From the IMG/VR virus record IMGVR_UViG_3300032070_000025, positions 1-31,579 of that record: 31,579 nt of DNA; one strand, 5' to 3'. The position numbers and the translations under genes are program-made. Below, in pieces: positions 15,545 through 26,160 of the stretch (position 1 is the stretch's first letter; every line of letters begins with the position of its first letter). The notes under the pieces were generated by a model. That model saw nothing but the letters and a program-made list of their open reading frames with translations. It was not told the origin of the DNA and made no database searches. Origin of the DNA: a virus. Lineage: Duplodnaviria; Caudoviricetes.

Positions 15545-16330
15545 ATGCCAGACGATACAAAAACGGTTTCACCTCCAGGGACCGAAACACCTCCCGCCGG
15601 AACTCCACCAAAGGAGCCGACCGGCGCGGCTGCTCCAGTCACAGAGTACGAAATCGACGGGCAGAAATACTCTCCCGACCAACTTCGGGGATTTATGAAG
15701 GCGTCGAAGGACTACGAATCCTTCCAGCCCGAGTTTACCCGAAGGTCCCAGCTCATCGCGGAACTGGTGAAGAAGGGAATAATCGACGAGCGCGGCCAGC
15801 TCGTTACGAAGCCGGCCGATCAGCAATCGAACTCACCCTTTGCCAATAATCCGCAGGCGCAGGAGGCCGTGAAAATCTTGAAGGAACTCGGTTTCATCAC
15901 GAAGGAGGAAGCCGACAACATCAAGAAGTCGATCGACGAGCTCAAGACCGGCTACCAGTCGGAGCGCGAGAACGCGCAGCTCACGGCGGCCGCCAAGACG
16001 CTGGAAGAAAAGTACAGCGGCAAGAGCGGCGAGCCGAAGTTCGACCTGCAGGAGATCCGCACCGCCATTCAGAAAAACCCGCAGCTCATTTCCTACGTCG
16101 ATGACGGGAACGGCAACTTCCTTGTCGATCTCGACCAGACGTACAAGAACGTCCACGCGGACTTCTGGGGAAAGATCCCCGAGATGAGGGCGAGGTTAGT
16201 GAAGACGGAGCGCGGGTCAGGCCCGCAGACCACGACTCCAACGACGCAGAAAAAAGCTGGAACACCGCAAGAAAGAGTTGACGAGGCGCTCTCTTTCTTC
16301 AAGAACGCAGATCAGTCGAATCAGGAGTAA
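15545..16330 (+). CDS. capsid scaffolding protein
   Basis: Pro/Thr-rich N-terminus, EIDG motif, FTRRSQ, helical; directly before the capsid gene; ATG 15545 preferred to 15401. Confidence 0.75.
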   Translation: MPDDTKTVSPPGTETPPAGTPPKEPTGAAAPVTEYEIDGQKYSPDQLRGFMKASKDYESFQPEFTRRSQLIAELVKKGIIDERGQLVTKPADQQSNSPFANNPQAQEAVKILKELGFITKEEADNIKKSIDELKTGYQSERENAQLTAAAKTLEEKYSGKSGEPKFDLQEIRTAIQKNPQLISYVDDGNGNFLVDLDQTYKNVHADFWGKIPEMRARLVKTERGSGPQTTTPTTQKKAGTPQERVDEALSFFKNADQSNQE

Positions 16331-16351
16331 ACCCAGCAAGGCCCAGCACAA

Positions 16352-17545
16352 GTGATTCCAACAACTGCGGTACAGAACTACCTCAAACAGATTCTGGCAC
16401 CGCGGGTTGAAGAGCAGTACGCGAAGGAAACGCCGCTGCTCTCCAATCTCAACAAGAACGTCGGCGTTCAGAAGATCAACGACAAGTTTCTCATCACTGT
16501 CGTCAAGGGTCTTCACTCGGGGGTGGCCGGCGTCGGCAAGGGTGCAACCCTTCCGACCGGCTACGCCGACACTGCTCGGGTCGAGATCGCTCCGACGTAT
16601 CTCTTCGTCGGCTTCTCGATCTACGACCAGGACCTCGAAACCGCGCGCACCGACGCGCAGACGCTCGCGAACATCCTCACCATCAACGAGGATCAGATGC
16701 GGACGGCGATGAGCCGCCAGTTGAACCGCATGTTCTTCCAGAACGGCGCGTATAACGGCGCGGTGACCACGGCGAACGGCGCGGGCGTGACGTCAACCAC
16801 GCTCACGATCACCAACGCCGGCGACGTTGACTTCAGCGAGTACTTCGCTCCGGGGATGTACATCGTGATCGGCACCGCAGCGCCGGTGCAGATCGCTTCG
16901 GTCGATTCAACCACGCAGCTTACGCTCGCGCAGGCTCGTTCGTGGTCGAGCGCCGACAAGATCTACATCACCGGCCCGGACGGCGAGACCGGCAAGGAGC
17001 CGGACGGTTTGGCGGCCGCGATCGGTCTCGCGACCAACACGTTCCAGACCATCGCCCGGACGACCAACCCGTGGTGGATCTCAACCCTCTCGGGAACGGC
17101 CACCTACAGTACCGACCGCGCGCTTGAGAAGAAGCTCCAGGAGCTCTGCCTCAAGGCCAACCGGTACGGGAAGATCCAGTCGATCTTCACGAACATTTCC
17201 GGTTACCAGCGGCTGTTGGCCGACCAACAGTCCCTGCAGCGCGTGGTGGGCTACACGGAACTCAAAGGCGGCTTCATGGGGCTCTCCTTCATGGCGAACG
17301 GCTACATGATCCCCGTCGTCATGGATCGTGACGTGCCCGACAAGCAGATCTACGGGGTGGACTTTGACGCCCTCACCCTCGCGCAACTGGCCCCCATCCA
17401 GTGGCTCGACCAGGACATGGGCGGCAACATCCTCCGCCTGAACGGAAAGGCCGTATGGGAAGGCTTCCTCAAGTACTACGTGAATCTCGGTTTGCGGCGT
17501 GCTCGGGGCAACTTCGCCATAACCGACGGAACGTTCACCGTCTAG
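16352..17545 (+). CDS. major capsid protein
   Basis: 397 aa after the scaffold; HK97-like layout (GFMGLSF...IPVVMDRDVP); strongly biased codons. Confidence 0.85.
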   Translation: MIPTTAVQNYLKQILAPRVEEQYAKETPLLSNLNKNVGVQKINDKFLITVVKGLHSGVAGVGKGATLPTGYADTARVEIAPTYLFVGFSIYDQDLETARTDAQTLANILTINEDQMRTAMSRQLNRMFFQNGAYNGAVTTANGAGVTSTTLTITNAGDVDFSEYFAPGMYIVIGTAAPVQIASVDSTTQLTLAQARSWSSADKIYITGPDGETGKEPDGLAAAIGLATNTFQTIARTTNPWWISTLSGTATYSTDRALEKKLQELCLKANRYGKIQSIFTNISGYQRLLADQQSLQRVVGYTELKGGFMGLSFMANGYMIPVVMDRDVPDKQIYGVDFDALTLAQLAPIQWLDQDMGGNILRLNGKAVWEGFLKYYVNLGLRRARGNFAITDGTFTV

Positions 17546-17554
17546 GCACTATCG

Positions 17555-17599
17555 GCTCTATAGGGGGCCTGGCACTAATAACCGGGTTCCCTATAGAGC
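17555..17599 (+). terminator. hairpin after the capsid gene (terminator or mRNA stabiliser)
   Basis: GCTCTATAGGG / CCCTATAGAGC plus inner stem; weak U-tract. Confidence 0.55.
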
Positions 17600-17638
17600 G
17601 GGGCCTGTTAGTAAAAAATAATCAGGGCACTATTTGAA

Positions 17639-18121
17639 ATGGCTAGGACTAAGGACATTCACTTCCAGAACCAGATCGACAAGCTCCAGCGGGCGTTGTC
17701 CACCTACGTGCACAACACCGGTGGGCTTGCGATCCACGGTTCGTCATCGGCACTCGCAAAGACCGTCAACACCGTCTACTACTGGGTGGATGGAGTGCTG
17801 TACAGCAAAGCGGCCGCTGACATGGCGGCACTCGCCGGAACCGTGTTGACCACGAAGTTCGGCATATGGGTCTTCACGGTCAACGCTGCCGGAACGCTCG
17901 CGGCCCGCGCAGGCAGCCTCGCTGCCGCTACGATTGACGCGCTCACGTTCCCAAGCATTCCCGACGGCGAAGCCGTGATCGGTTACCTGACCGTGAACCC
18001 CAGCGGCACGGGCAGTTTCGTGGGTGGCACCTCCAATCTGGACGACGCGACAATCGTCCCGGGGGCGGTCTACCACGACACCCCGTACCCGTTCCTTCCC
18101 GGTCTGCAGAATTTGGTCTAG
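17639..18121 (+). CDS. putative capsid decoration protein
   Basis: 160 aa, Ala/Gly/Thr-rich, follows the capsid gene. Confidence 0.55.
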   Translation: MARTKDIHFQNQIDKLQRALSTYVHNTGGLAIHGSSSALAKTVNTVYYWVDGVLYSKAAADMAALAGTVLTTKFGIWVFTVNAAGTLAARAGSLAAATIDALTFPSIPDGEAVIGYLTVNPSGTGSFVGGTSNLDDATIVPGAVYHDTPYPFLPGLQNLV

Positions 18122-18141
18122 TAGCCGGATACTATACTGGC

Positions 18142-18188
18142 CTCCTTCTGTCCTCCCCGTTCCTTGGCCGGCGGGGAGAGAGAAGGAG
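18142..18188 (+). terminator. intergenic hairpin
   Basis: CTCCTTCT / AGAAGGAG with inner CTCCCCG / CGGGGAG. Confidence 0.5.
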
Positions 18189-18202
18189 AACAGCTAACTA
18201 CG

Positions 18203-18439
18203 ATGAACACGAAGGACTGCAAAGAAAAACTCGCTCATCTCTCCTACCTTCAGAAGAAGGGCGGTTCGGAATCGGCGAACCGACAGATTGCTTCCGAGAT
18301 GGGAGAAACAATCATCGCCCACAACGACGCGCGGACGGAGGAAATCCGGCGCGAGACGCAGCGGCAATCATCCGATTGCCACCTCGATTCCGCAAAAGAC
18401 CTCTTCAACCGGCACGAAAAAGGTCGCAAGTATGTCTAG
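18203..18439 (+). CDS. hypothetical phage protein
   Basis: In-frame ATG 18203 after the hairpin. Confidence 0.6.
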   Translation: MNTKDCKEKLAHLSYLQKKGGSESANRQIASEMGETIIAHNDARTEEIRRETQRQSSDCHLDSAKDLFNRHEKGRKYV

Positions 18440-18445
18440 CTTCTA

Positions 18446-19018
18446 ATGTTCAAAAACATCGCACGGAGGATCGCTCTAGCGGTTCGAGTATTGCGCGGCA
18501 AGCGGCACCCGTGGGTAAGGATCGTTGCCGATGTGCGGCACATCAGGGACGGAAAAGTAATCTTCGAGAAGCTGAATTGCGAGCTGCCGACGAACGGCTT
18601 GATGGACGACGGCGAGGGCAACATCCTCGACACATACCTCCGAGCCCAGAACACGCCGACGAGTTTATACGTCGGTCTCGGCAATAACGGCGGCACGCCG
18701 GGAATCCCGGCGGAGACGACAACGCTCGCGGGGATCACCGAAGTTGCAGGCACGGGCTACGCCCGCATCGCGCTTGCCCGCAACACCACGGACTGGCCCA
18801 CGCTCGCGCTGGATTCGGGCGACTACCAGGCCACCTCGAAGACCATCACGTTCACGAACAGCGGCGGCAGCGCATGGACGGCGGCCGACTACCTGTTCCT
18901 CACGAATGCGGCATCGGGCACCAGCGGGAACAACATCGCCGACATCGCGCTTTCCGTGAGCCGCGTTCTCCAGCCCAGCGACCAGCTTACTATCTCGGTA
19001 AAGGTCAAATTGCAGTAG
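18446..19018 (+). CDS. virion structural protein (tail/fibre-associated)
   Basis: LYVGL...EVAGTGYARI...ITFT...GSAW pattern typical of phage tail-associated proteins. Confidence 0.7.
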   Translation: MFKNIARRIALAVRVLRGKRHPWVRIVADVRHIRDGKVIFEKLNCELPTNGLMDDGEGNILDTYLRAQNTPTSLYVGLGNNGGTPGIPAETTTLAGITEVAGTGYARIALARNTTDWPTLALDSGDYQATSKTITFTNSGGSAWTAADYLFLTNAASGTSGNNIADIALSVSRVLQPSDQLTISVKVKLQ

Positions 19019-19104
19019 CCGCAACTAGTGCCATTTATAGAGCTGAGCGCTTACTCTGCCCCGACTATGGGGCAGCGATAAGCACTTAAACGCTTTCTGA
19101 ACTG

Positions 19105-20274
19105 ATGGCGAAAGTATTCGAACATGACACGGGAGGCACGCTCACCACGGGCCTGATTTCCTATTACAAGGAGGAGGATGCGACTGATTACTACGACTCG
19201 CATAACCTCACCGATGTGGGCACTCCCACCTATGTTGCGGCGAAAGTAAACAACGGAGTGCATTTTGTCTCCGCTAATGGCCAGTACCAGGATGGCGGGA
19301 ATGTCGCCGATTTCAATTTCGAGCGGACTAGCCCGTTCTCGGTATCCCTCTGGGCGAAAAGGAACGAACAGTCATCCCTCTACTCGCTTGTAAGCAAAAC
19401 CAACGCGAACAACGGGTGGGAAATATTTTTCTACACAACCACACTGCGGGTCGTCCTGCGTTCAAATAACGGGGACAACCTAATCTACAAATCCGTCGCG
19501 TTCGATGAGACCGCCTATTATCATCACATAGTTGTGACCTACGATGGTTCCTCCACCGCCGCCGGATTGAAGATATATGTTGACAATTCCCAACCCACGG
19601 CGACGGTGCTTGCCGATGCCCTTAACTACACGATGCAGAGCACGGCTGCGTTCCAAATCGGAAACAACAACATGTCATGGTTTCAATATGGCACAGAGGA
19701 CGAGATCGGCATTTGGAACAGGGTGCTCAACGCGACACCCGAGATTGCCGACCTTTGGTACGGCGGGGCCGGGCAGACGATGGTCGTCGGGCCGTCTACC
19801 TATACGGAAAATGTGGCAATGACGATTGTCTCCGTGATCGCAAAGACGGAGGCGGGACTGTTCTCGGAACTGTCGAAGCTTGCTACGGTCGTGTCGGTGC
19901 TTGCGGAGACGGATGCGAAGACGTGGTCAGAGGACGTCTCGGCTGTAATTACTTCCGTCCTCGGCAGGATCGATACGGCGATTAGAGCGGAGGTGCCGGC
20001 GACAACCATCGTCTCCCAGCTCGCTAAAACCGACGTGCAGGGGATGGTGGAATATGCACAGACCACGGGGGTGGCGGTGCTTGCGCGCCTCGACGCGATG
20101 ATTCACAATGAGATCAGTAAGAACGCCACCATCATAGCCATTCTCGGCCTGAGTGTTGACCAGCTTACTAAAGCCATTCGGGATACGGTTATCAAAATAA
20201 TCGCAATGACGCCGAGGGGTTCCTCGGGAACGGTCACTCCCGCAGGAAATTCGAAACAAGACACTCCATTTTAA
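19105..20274 (+). CDS. LamG/concanavalin-A-like domain virion protein
   Basis: GLISYY, FSVSLW, HHIVVTYDG, KIYVD, DEIGIWNRVL. Confidence 0.8.
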   Translation: MAKVFEHDTGGTLTTGLISYYKEEDATDYYDSHNLTDVGTPTYVAAKVNNGVHFVSANGQYQDGGNVADFNFERTSPFSVSLWAKRNEQSSLYSLVSKTNANNGWEIFFYTTTLRVVLRSNNGDNLIYKSVAFDETAYYHHIVVTYDGSSTAAGLKIYVDNSQPTATVLADALNYTMQSTAAFQIGNNNMSWFQYGTEDEIGIWNRVLNATPEIADLWYGGAGQTMVVGPSTYTENVAMTIVSVIAKTEAGLFSELSKLATVVSVLAETDAKTWSEDVSAVITSVLGRIDTAIRAEVPATTIVSQLAKTDVQGMVEYAQTTGVAVLARLDAMIHNEISKNATIIAILGLSVDQLTKAIRDTVIKIIAMTPRGSSGTVTPAGNSKQDTPF

Positions 20275-21458
20275 TGAACAAACTGCAATTCAGCCACCCC
20301 TCGGTTGCAGGGACCGAGGGAACCTCGCTCACGCAGCAGGCCGCGAGCGGAGACAGTACGCTCACCGTCATCAATACGAAGGGTTTTGTCGTAAATAAAA
20401 ACCTGCTTGTGGGCAGTTACGGCTCGGAAGACTCGGAGATCGTCAAAACGCATGGGACCACGGCGCCGACCGACACGCTGATCACACTCGTTGCAGCGCT
20501 CAAGTTCAGCCATTCCACGGACACGCCGGTTACGATCCTCGATTACGACCAGATCGAGGTGAGCCGCGCTTCGGCGAAAGGCGGCACGTACAGCGTGCTT
20601 GCCACGGTCGATATCACGCCGGATGAGGAAACGACGGCGTACAAGGATGCGACCGGAAGCTCGACCGACTACTACAAGATCCGCTACAAGGACTCTATCG
20701 CTACGAGCTACTCGGGTTACTCCTCGGAGATCCCCGCCACGGGATTCGCCGACAGTACGCTCGCCGGCATGATCACGGCGGTATACCGGCTGTTCAGCAA
20801 GCACTCCGAAAAGATACTGGACCGCGACGAAGTGATCCGGTGGCTCAATGAAGGCGCCCAGAAGCTCTACAGCAAGGTTCTCGACCTCGGCATTGACTGG
20901 TACATCAAATACGGGACCGACGGTAGCGGAGCGAAAATATCCTTTGTCGCGAACCAGCGCGCCTATGACTTAAGCGCCACGGTTCCCGATTTTGTCCGGG
21001 CCAAGCGGTGGCAGTTCACCTACGACAACGTGAGCTACTATTTTGCGGACCCGATGGACGAGACCAACGACTTTCCCAATACGAGTTATTCCAGAACATT
21101 TCCGAGATATTTTTATGAAGGCAAGAGCATCGTCCCGCGCCCACTGCCGACCGCCTCAACCGGCGGCATGCGCCCGATCTACGTCTATATGCCCGCCCGC
21201 ATGGTGAACGACGACGACGTGCCCGAGCTGCCCCTCGCGCACCAGACGGCGCCTATCAACTACGCCCTGAAGCGCGCGTTCGAATCCGACAACAAGTTCG
21301 ACACGGCGAACTACTATGGCACGCTGTTCGAGAATGACGCGCAGGTGATGCTCTCCGAGATCAAGAGCCGCTACCCCGAAATGCCGCAGACGATCCCGAT
21401 GTTCGGCGCGGGCCTGGAGGATAACGAGCTGCACGACGGGTTCGTCCTCCCGAGCTAA
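20274..21458 (+). CDS. head-tail adaptor-like protein with extra N-terminal domain
   Basis: EVIRWLNEG...YDL...PRP...DDVPELP...INYA pattern; precedes the nozzle gene. Confidence 0.65.
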   Translation: MNKLQFSHPSVAGTEGTSLTQQAASGDSTLTVINTKGFVVNKNLLVGSYGSEDSEIVKTHGTTAPTDTLITLVAALKFSHSTDTPVTILDYDQIEVSRASAKGGTYSVLATVDITPDEETTAYKDATGSSTDYYKIRYKDSIATSYSGYSSEIPATGFADSTLAGMITAVYRLFSKHSEKILDRDEVIRWLNEGAQKLYSKVLDLGIDWYIKYGTDGSGAKISFVANQRAYDLSATVPDFVRAKRWQFTYDNVSYYFADPMDETNDFPNTSYSRTFPRYFYEGKSIVPRPLPTASTGGMRPIYVYMPARMVNDDDVPELPLAHQTAPINYALKRAFESDNKFDTANYYGTLFENDAQVMLSEIKSRYPEMPQTIPMFGAGLEDNELHDGFVLPS

Positions 21459-21510
21459 CAAGGCAACTAATCCCCTGATCCCCATCGAAATACAATCGTT
21501 CCACGGCGGG

Positions 21511-22896
21511 ATGAACCGGAAGGTCTCGCCGCTTTTGAACAAGCTCGAAGAGGCGCGGATTGCGAAGAACACCGACCTTGACGAGATCGGCACGCTCAAG
21601 AAGGACAAGGGGTATGTCCTCTTCGGCAATCAGCCGACGGCCGACACGGTGCTTGCCCTCTACCCGTTCTACCTCATCGGCGCGACCACGACGCGCACGC
21701 TCCTGCGGGACAGCGGCGGGAAGGTCTACCAGTATAACTTCGGAACGTCCGTATGGGACGCGATCACTGGTGCGACGGGGCTTTCAACGTCGGTGATCCC
21801 CACGTGGCTTACCTACAAGAACCTCGCGATGCGATTCAACGGGAGTGATGTGCCGAAGAAGTGGGACGGCTCTACCTTCGCATCGCTTGGAGGAACGCCG
21901 CCGAACGGCAGCATCGCGGCTCTGTACAAGGACAAGGTTTACGCTTCCGGCGTTTCACCGAACTACTCCACAGTTTACTTTTCCAAGACGGGAGATCCCG
22001 AAACCTGGCCCGCCTACAGCAACTTCGACGTGAATAACAACGACGGCGACCGCCTGATAGCGATGCAGCCGCTTTTCGACTCGCTCATCTTTTGGAAAGA
22101 GTTTTCGATCTGGGAGTTCCAGGTTGATCCGAAGAACAACCCCTCGACATTGCGTTACATCACGCTGGATGTCGGCACCACGAGCAAGCGGTCGATAGTC
22201 AATATCGGCGGCATCGTCTACTTTTTCAACCGGCGGGGAATCTATCAGTTCGCGTCGCGCTACCCCGAGCTCATTTCGCTCAAGGTGCAGGATTTCATCG
22301 ATGCGGTAACCGATCCCTATGCGGTCGTGGCCTTCAAGGACGGGAACAAGTACTGTCTGTCCATTGGCGATGTGACGGTCGGGGCGAGGACATATACGAA
22401 CTGCGTGCTCGTCTACGACACCCTGCAGGACACGTGGAAGATACGCACGCTCGCGCATCCGATGAAGGCGGTTTGTGATTTTATCGGAAGCGACAACGTC
22501 CTCAGTCTCTACTTCGGTTCGACCGCGGGCAAAACGTACAAATGGGGGGTCGGCTATTCCCACGCAGGAACGCCGATCGAGATGGAATACGAGACTGGGC
22601 TCATCCAGCTCGGCGACCCGGTTACCGAAAAGGGTTTGCTGCAGGTGATCACGCGGAGTTCAAATCTCCCGAAGTCGCCGGCAACCATCCATATTCAGGT
22701 TGACGGAGAAAAATGGAAGGAGCTTGGCAAGATCTCGCAGACGATCGACGAATTCGAGAAGCGCGACCGGGGCCGGGACGTCCGGTTCCGAATCCATGAG
22801 GTGTCGGATAAGGAGATGCGCGAGATCTACCAGCTCATCCTCTACATCGACGAGACAAAGGGCGGCGAGCTCGTAAAGAAACGCAGGGCGGCATAA
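21511..22896 (+). CDS. tail nozzle/DNA stabilisation protein (P22 gp10-like beta-propeller); true start probably upstream
   Basis: VYFSKTGDPETW, LIFWKEFSIW, VGTTS, GIY, LVYD motifs. Confidence 0.75.
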   Translation: MNRKVSPLLNKLEEARIAKNTDLDEIGTLKKDKGYVLFGNQPTADTVLALYPFYLIGATTTRTLLRDSGGKVYQYNFGTSVWDAITGATGLSTSVIPTWLTYKNLAMRFNGSDVPKKWDGSTFASLGGTPPNGSIAALYKDKVYASGVSPNYSTVYFSKTGDPETWPAYSNFDVNNNDGDRLIAMQPLFDSLIFWKEFSIWEFQVDPKNNPSTLRYITLDVGTTSKRSIVNIGGIVYFFNRRGIYQFASRYPELISLKVQDFIDAVTDPYAVVAFKDGNKYCLSIGDVTVGARTYTNCVLVYDTLQDTWKIRTLAHPMKAVCDFIGSDNVLSLYFGSTAGKTYKWGVGYSHAGTPIEMEYETGLIQLGDPVTEKGLLQVITRSSNLPKSPATIHIQVDGEKWKELGKISQTIDEFEKRDRGRDVRFRIHEVSDKEMREIYQLILYIDETKGGELVKKRRAA

Positions 22897-24266
22897 TGGC
22901 TATCATCCGCGAGGGCCAAACCATCACGTGGGATCTCCTGAACCGCGACCGGTATATGCGGAACAAAGACGCACCCGCTTTCTCGGACGATCCGATTACC
23001 ACGCGCGACATTCGCGGCGGCATCGAGGTCGTCTCGCGGTCAGGCAACGTGATGCCGCGCGCAATCACGCGGGACAAACTCGCGCCGGACGCGCTTATCT
23101 TCCCGATGAACATCAACATCGGCACCTCAATAGTGCAGGTCGCGAGCGGGTACACGACCGATCTCAACAATTACCTTTTCGTCGCCGTCTGGGATGGGAC
23201 GAATTACGCCATCTATCGATTCAACACCATGAACCTCCTAGCGCCATACCAGGATGCGTACATCCTGAACACCGGTCTCGGCCTCACCGGATCGGAAGTC
23301 ATGGGCTCCATCGATTCCATTTCAATCACGGACACGACGTTGAACGTTGCGTACACCACCAATGCCGGCATGAGGTACATGGCGGTCATGGACTTTGCCT
23401 TTACCTATTCCGGGCGATTCCGGGCGCCATACTACGAGCTGTCCCTCTCAAAAGGTTCGGACTTCGACGGCAAGTACCTGAACAGCATCGCGAGCCTCGG
23501 AGCCAACGTGACTGACTGCCAGCAGGTATACGCTCCTTCGAGCAACGGAATTGACGCAAGTCCGATCTATGAATATCAGACCTTCAAAACCGGTCCCAAT
23601 ACCACAAAGATCGGAGCGGTGTCCTTTTATATCAAGAGCAACGAAAGCAGCGGCGGCCATACCGCACACCTCTACTGGTATCTGCAGGACGCCGGGGGAT
23701 CGACGATAGCGAGCGGCGATTTCACGGTTGCGGCAGGGTCGGGGCTGACATGGTACGCGCAGAGCGTGTCGCCATCCGTCACCGTAACTCCCAACACCAC
23801 CTACCGATTGAAGATACTTCAGGACGATGGTTTTTCTGCGGCGACTGATTGGGCGTGGTCGAATGCGAACAACTACACCGACGGCACCGGCCATCGGGTC
23901 GCGGGAGGCGTAGACACGGATCTCCTCAAGGACTTCTGCTTCAAAATTATCGCCGATCTTCCGGCCGGATATTCGGACAAGATGCTGGTCCGATTTGGCG
24001 CCAACGACTACAGTCTGATCAGCAACATAGCTTGGCCCGTGGGTGTTGCCCTGCCAACTCAGCTCGGGGCGTACGACGGGAAGTTCCACTACGCCTACGA
24101 CAGCGTGAACAAAAACATCGTGAAGTTCACGGCCGATTCGAGCGTGGTGATTGCCACGACCATGTCCATCCTGGAGACCGTATACGGCATCATGAATTTC
24201 AACGAGTTTCCCTTTGTCGTTGCACTCATCGGGTCAAACCTGGTCGCTATCCCTGTGACTATCTAG
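22896..24266 (+). CDS. tail fibre/receptor-binding protein
   Basis: Beta-rich, Tyr/Thr/Gly-rich, with an internal jelly-roll-like segment (YQTFKT...TPNTTYRL...DFCFKI). Confidence 0.6.
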   Translation: MAIIREGQTITWDLLNRDRYMRNKDAPAFSDDPITTRDIRGGIEVVSRSGNVMPRAITRDKLAPDALIFPMNINIGTSIVQVASGYTTDLNNYLFVAVWDGTNYAIYRFNTMNLLAPYQDAYILNTGLGLTGSEVMGSIDSISITDTTLNVAYTTNAGMRYMAVMDFAFTYSGRFRAPYYELSLSKGSDFDGKYLNSIASLGANVTDCQQVYAPSSNGIDASPIYEYQTFKTGPNTTKIGAVSFYIKSNESSGGHTAHLYWYLQDAGGSTIASGDFTVAAGSGLTWYAQSVSPSVTVTPNTTYRLKILQDDGFSAATDWAWSNANNYTDGTGHRVAGGVDTDLLKDFCFKIIADLPAGYSDKMLVRFGANDYSLISNIAWPVGVALPTQLGAYDGKFHYAYDSVNKNIVKFTADSSVVIATTMSILETVYGIMNFNEFPFVVALIGSNLVAIPVTI

Positions 24267-24270
24267 GCAC

Positions 24271-24298
24271 TTTACAGAAAGAGGCAAAGCACTAGAAT
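24271..24298 (+). promoter_or_regulatory. putative promoter
   Basis: TTTACA, 16 bp, TAGAAT in the intergenic gap. Confidence 0.55.
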
Positions 24299-24318
24299 TA
24301 AAGCAAGGCTCCTCTAGC

Positions 24319-26160
24319 GTGGCACAGATCCCAACAAGCAACAATCTCCTGCTCGACCAGCTCAATAAAGCGCTGAGCGGTTTGGCGGCGTCGCTTTCGA
24401 GCTATTCGTCCAATATCAGCATCAAACCGCCCACCCCGCAAACGCCCTCATCGGCGGCAAATCAAATTCAGAGCACTACGAGCAAGCCCGCTGCGGTCAC
24501 CCCGGCCGCGTATGATGGCGGATATTCGTCCATAAATCGGAGTATCGCCCCGCCCGCAAAGGCATCTATCTATCCCGCAGTTGCGGCGCCTGCCTCATCA
24601 ATCGCACCGGTCAAGCCCGCGACGACGGCTCCCGTAGTCGTGCCAACGCCACAGGTAAAGCAAGTGACGCCCGTCGTTTCGCCCGCGGTTCCGAGCGCGG
24701 CACCAGCGGCAGCCGTTCCCGCAAGCAGTCCCGCACCGGCCGGCTCGACGTTCCCGGTCGGCGCGATCGTCGATATGGGCAACGGCCCGCAGGTTGTCGG
24801 CGTGAATGGAAAGTTGCTCGACCCGAGCGATCCGCAGTCAATGGTGGCGAAACTGCTCGGCAGCCTCAATCAGCCCATCGACTACAATGCGGAGCTCACG
24901 AATGCCAAGGGAGCCTACGAAAATATCTTCGGCACGCCGACGCAGCAGGCCGCGCCAGTCACCGCCGCACAAGCAGCGCTCTACGAGGATGCAAAGAAGA
25001 AAGCTGTCGAGGATATCCAGGGCAACATGGCGACGCGCGGACTCCTGGCGAGCGGAGAGACGGATAAGGAAACGACGCAGGCGCTCAGTGATTTAGCAAC
25101 CAAGCAGTCGGCAACTATCGCGTCGGCTATCGATCCATATCAGCAAGCGGAGCAGACCTCCGTCCTCGATATTCTCGACAAGGTAATGGCGTCGAGGCAG
25201 GCGGAGAAAACATCTGTGCTTTCCCTCATCCCCAAACTCCTCACGCCGGACTACGGAAGCGGGGACATCGGAAACTACAATTTCTATGTGACGCAGACCA
25301 AGGCCGCCGGACAGACGCCGATGAATTTTAGTGACTGGTTGACCGAGGATGCCAACCGGAAAAAAGCCACAAACGCAATAACGCTTTCTCCTGATGCCTT
25401 GGCCCTATTCGGAACTGGTTTAATGCAGACTGGCACTATGCCGGCACTCGGGATGGGAGCTGCAACCACAAGGATACAACTTATGGAGAACGCTGCCGCC
25501 CAAGCTAAGGCGCAGGGTCTGGACCCGAGCCAGGTTGTGTCCGGCTGGGCCGGCTATGCCGCAGACAAGGCTTCTCTCGCCAAGCTCCAAACGACTGCCG
25601 ATGCCATCAACGCTTTCGAGGGAACCGCCAAGAAGAACCTAGATATGTTCCTCGGCCAAGCTCAAAAAGTCATTGACGCCGGAACGCTTCCGACGAACTA
25701 CGTCTTCCGCGGAGCCGAGAAACAGATCGGGGACCCGAACATGGCGGGATTCGAGACTGCCCGCACCGTGGCCTATACGGAAATCGCCAAGGTTCTGAAC
25801 AATCCTACCATCAGCGCCGTCCTTACCGATTCCGCCAGGCAGGAGGCCAACAATATGCTGAACGGCAACTATACGCTGGCAGGAATCATGAACGTCGCGA
25901 ACATCTTGAAGCAAGACATGGCAAACCGGATGACCGAGACCAACCGCGCGATCGGTAATATCGAAAGTAGAATAAGCGGAGGTTCGGGCACGACCGAGAC
26001 CAGCGATGTGGGAACACTACTTGAACACGACATCACTACTCTTGGTTCAACGTTCCCCACGCGCGAAGCGCTCATTGAGGCCCTTGTCGGTGTGTACCCG
26101 GAGTTCAACCGCGACCAGATCGCCTCAAAGGTCTACACCCTCATCCCCGACAAGAAATAA
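24319..26160 (+). CDS. putative internal virion/DNA ejection protein
   Basis: 613 aa, Ala/Pro/Gln-rich helical, RGLLASG motif, follows tail genes. Confidence 0.6.
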   Translation: MAQIPTSNNLLLDQLNKALSGLAASLSSYSSNISIKPPTPQTPSSAANQIQSTTSKPAAVTPAAYDGGYSSINRSIAPPAKASIYPAVAAPASSIAPVKPATTAPVVVPTPQVKQVTPVVSPAVPSAAPAAAVPASSPAPAGSTFPVGAIVDMGNGPQVVGVNGKLLDPSDPQSMVAKLLGSLNQPIDYNAELTNAKGAYENIFGTPTQQAAPVTAAQAALYEDAKKKAVEDIQGNMATRGLLASGETDKETTQALSDLATKQSATIASAIDPYQQAEQTSVLDILDKVMASRQAEKTSVLSLIPKLLTPDYGSGDIGNYNFYVTQTKAAGQTPMNFSDWLTEDANRKKATNAITLSPDALALFGTGLMQTGTMPALGMGAATTRIQLMENAAAQAKAQGLDPSQVVSGWAGYAADKASLAKLQTTADAINAFEGTAKKNLDMFLGQAQKVIDAGTLPTNYVFRGAEKQIGDPNMAGFETARTVAYTEIAKVLNNPTISAVLTDSARQEANNMLNGNYTLAGIMNVANILKQDMANRMTETNRAIGNIESRISGGSGTTETSDVGTLLEHDITTLGSTFPTREALIEALVGVYPEFNRDQIASKVYTLIPDKK

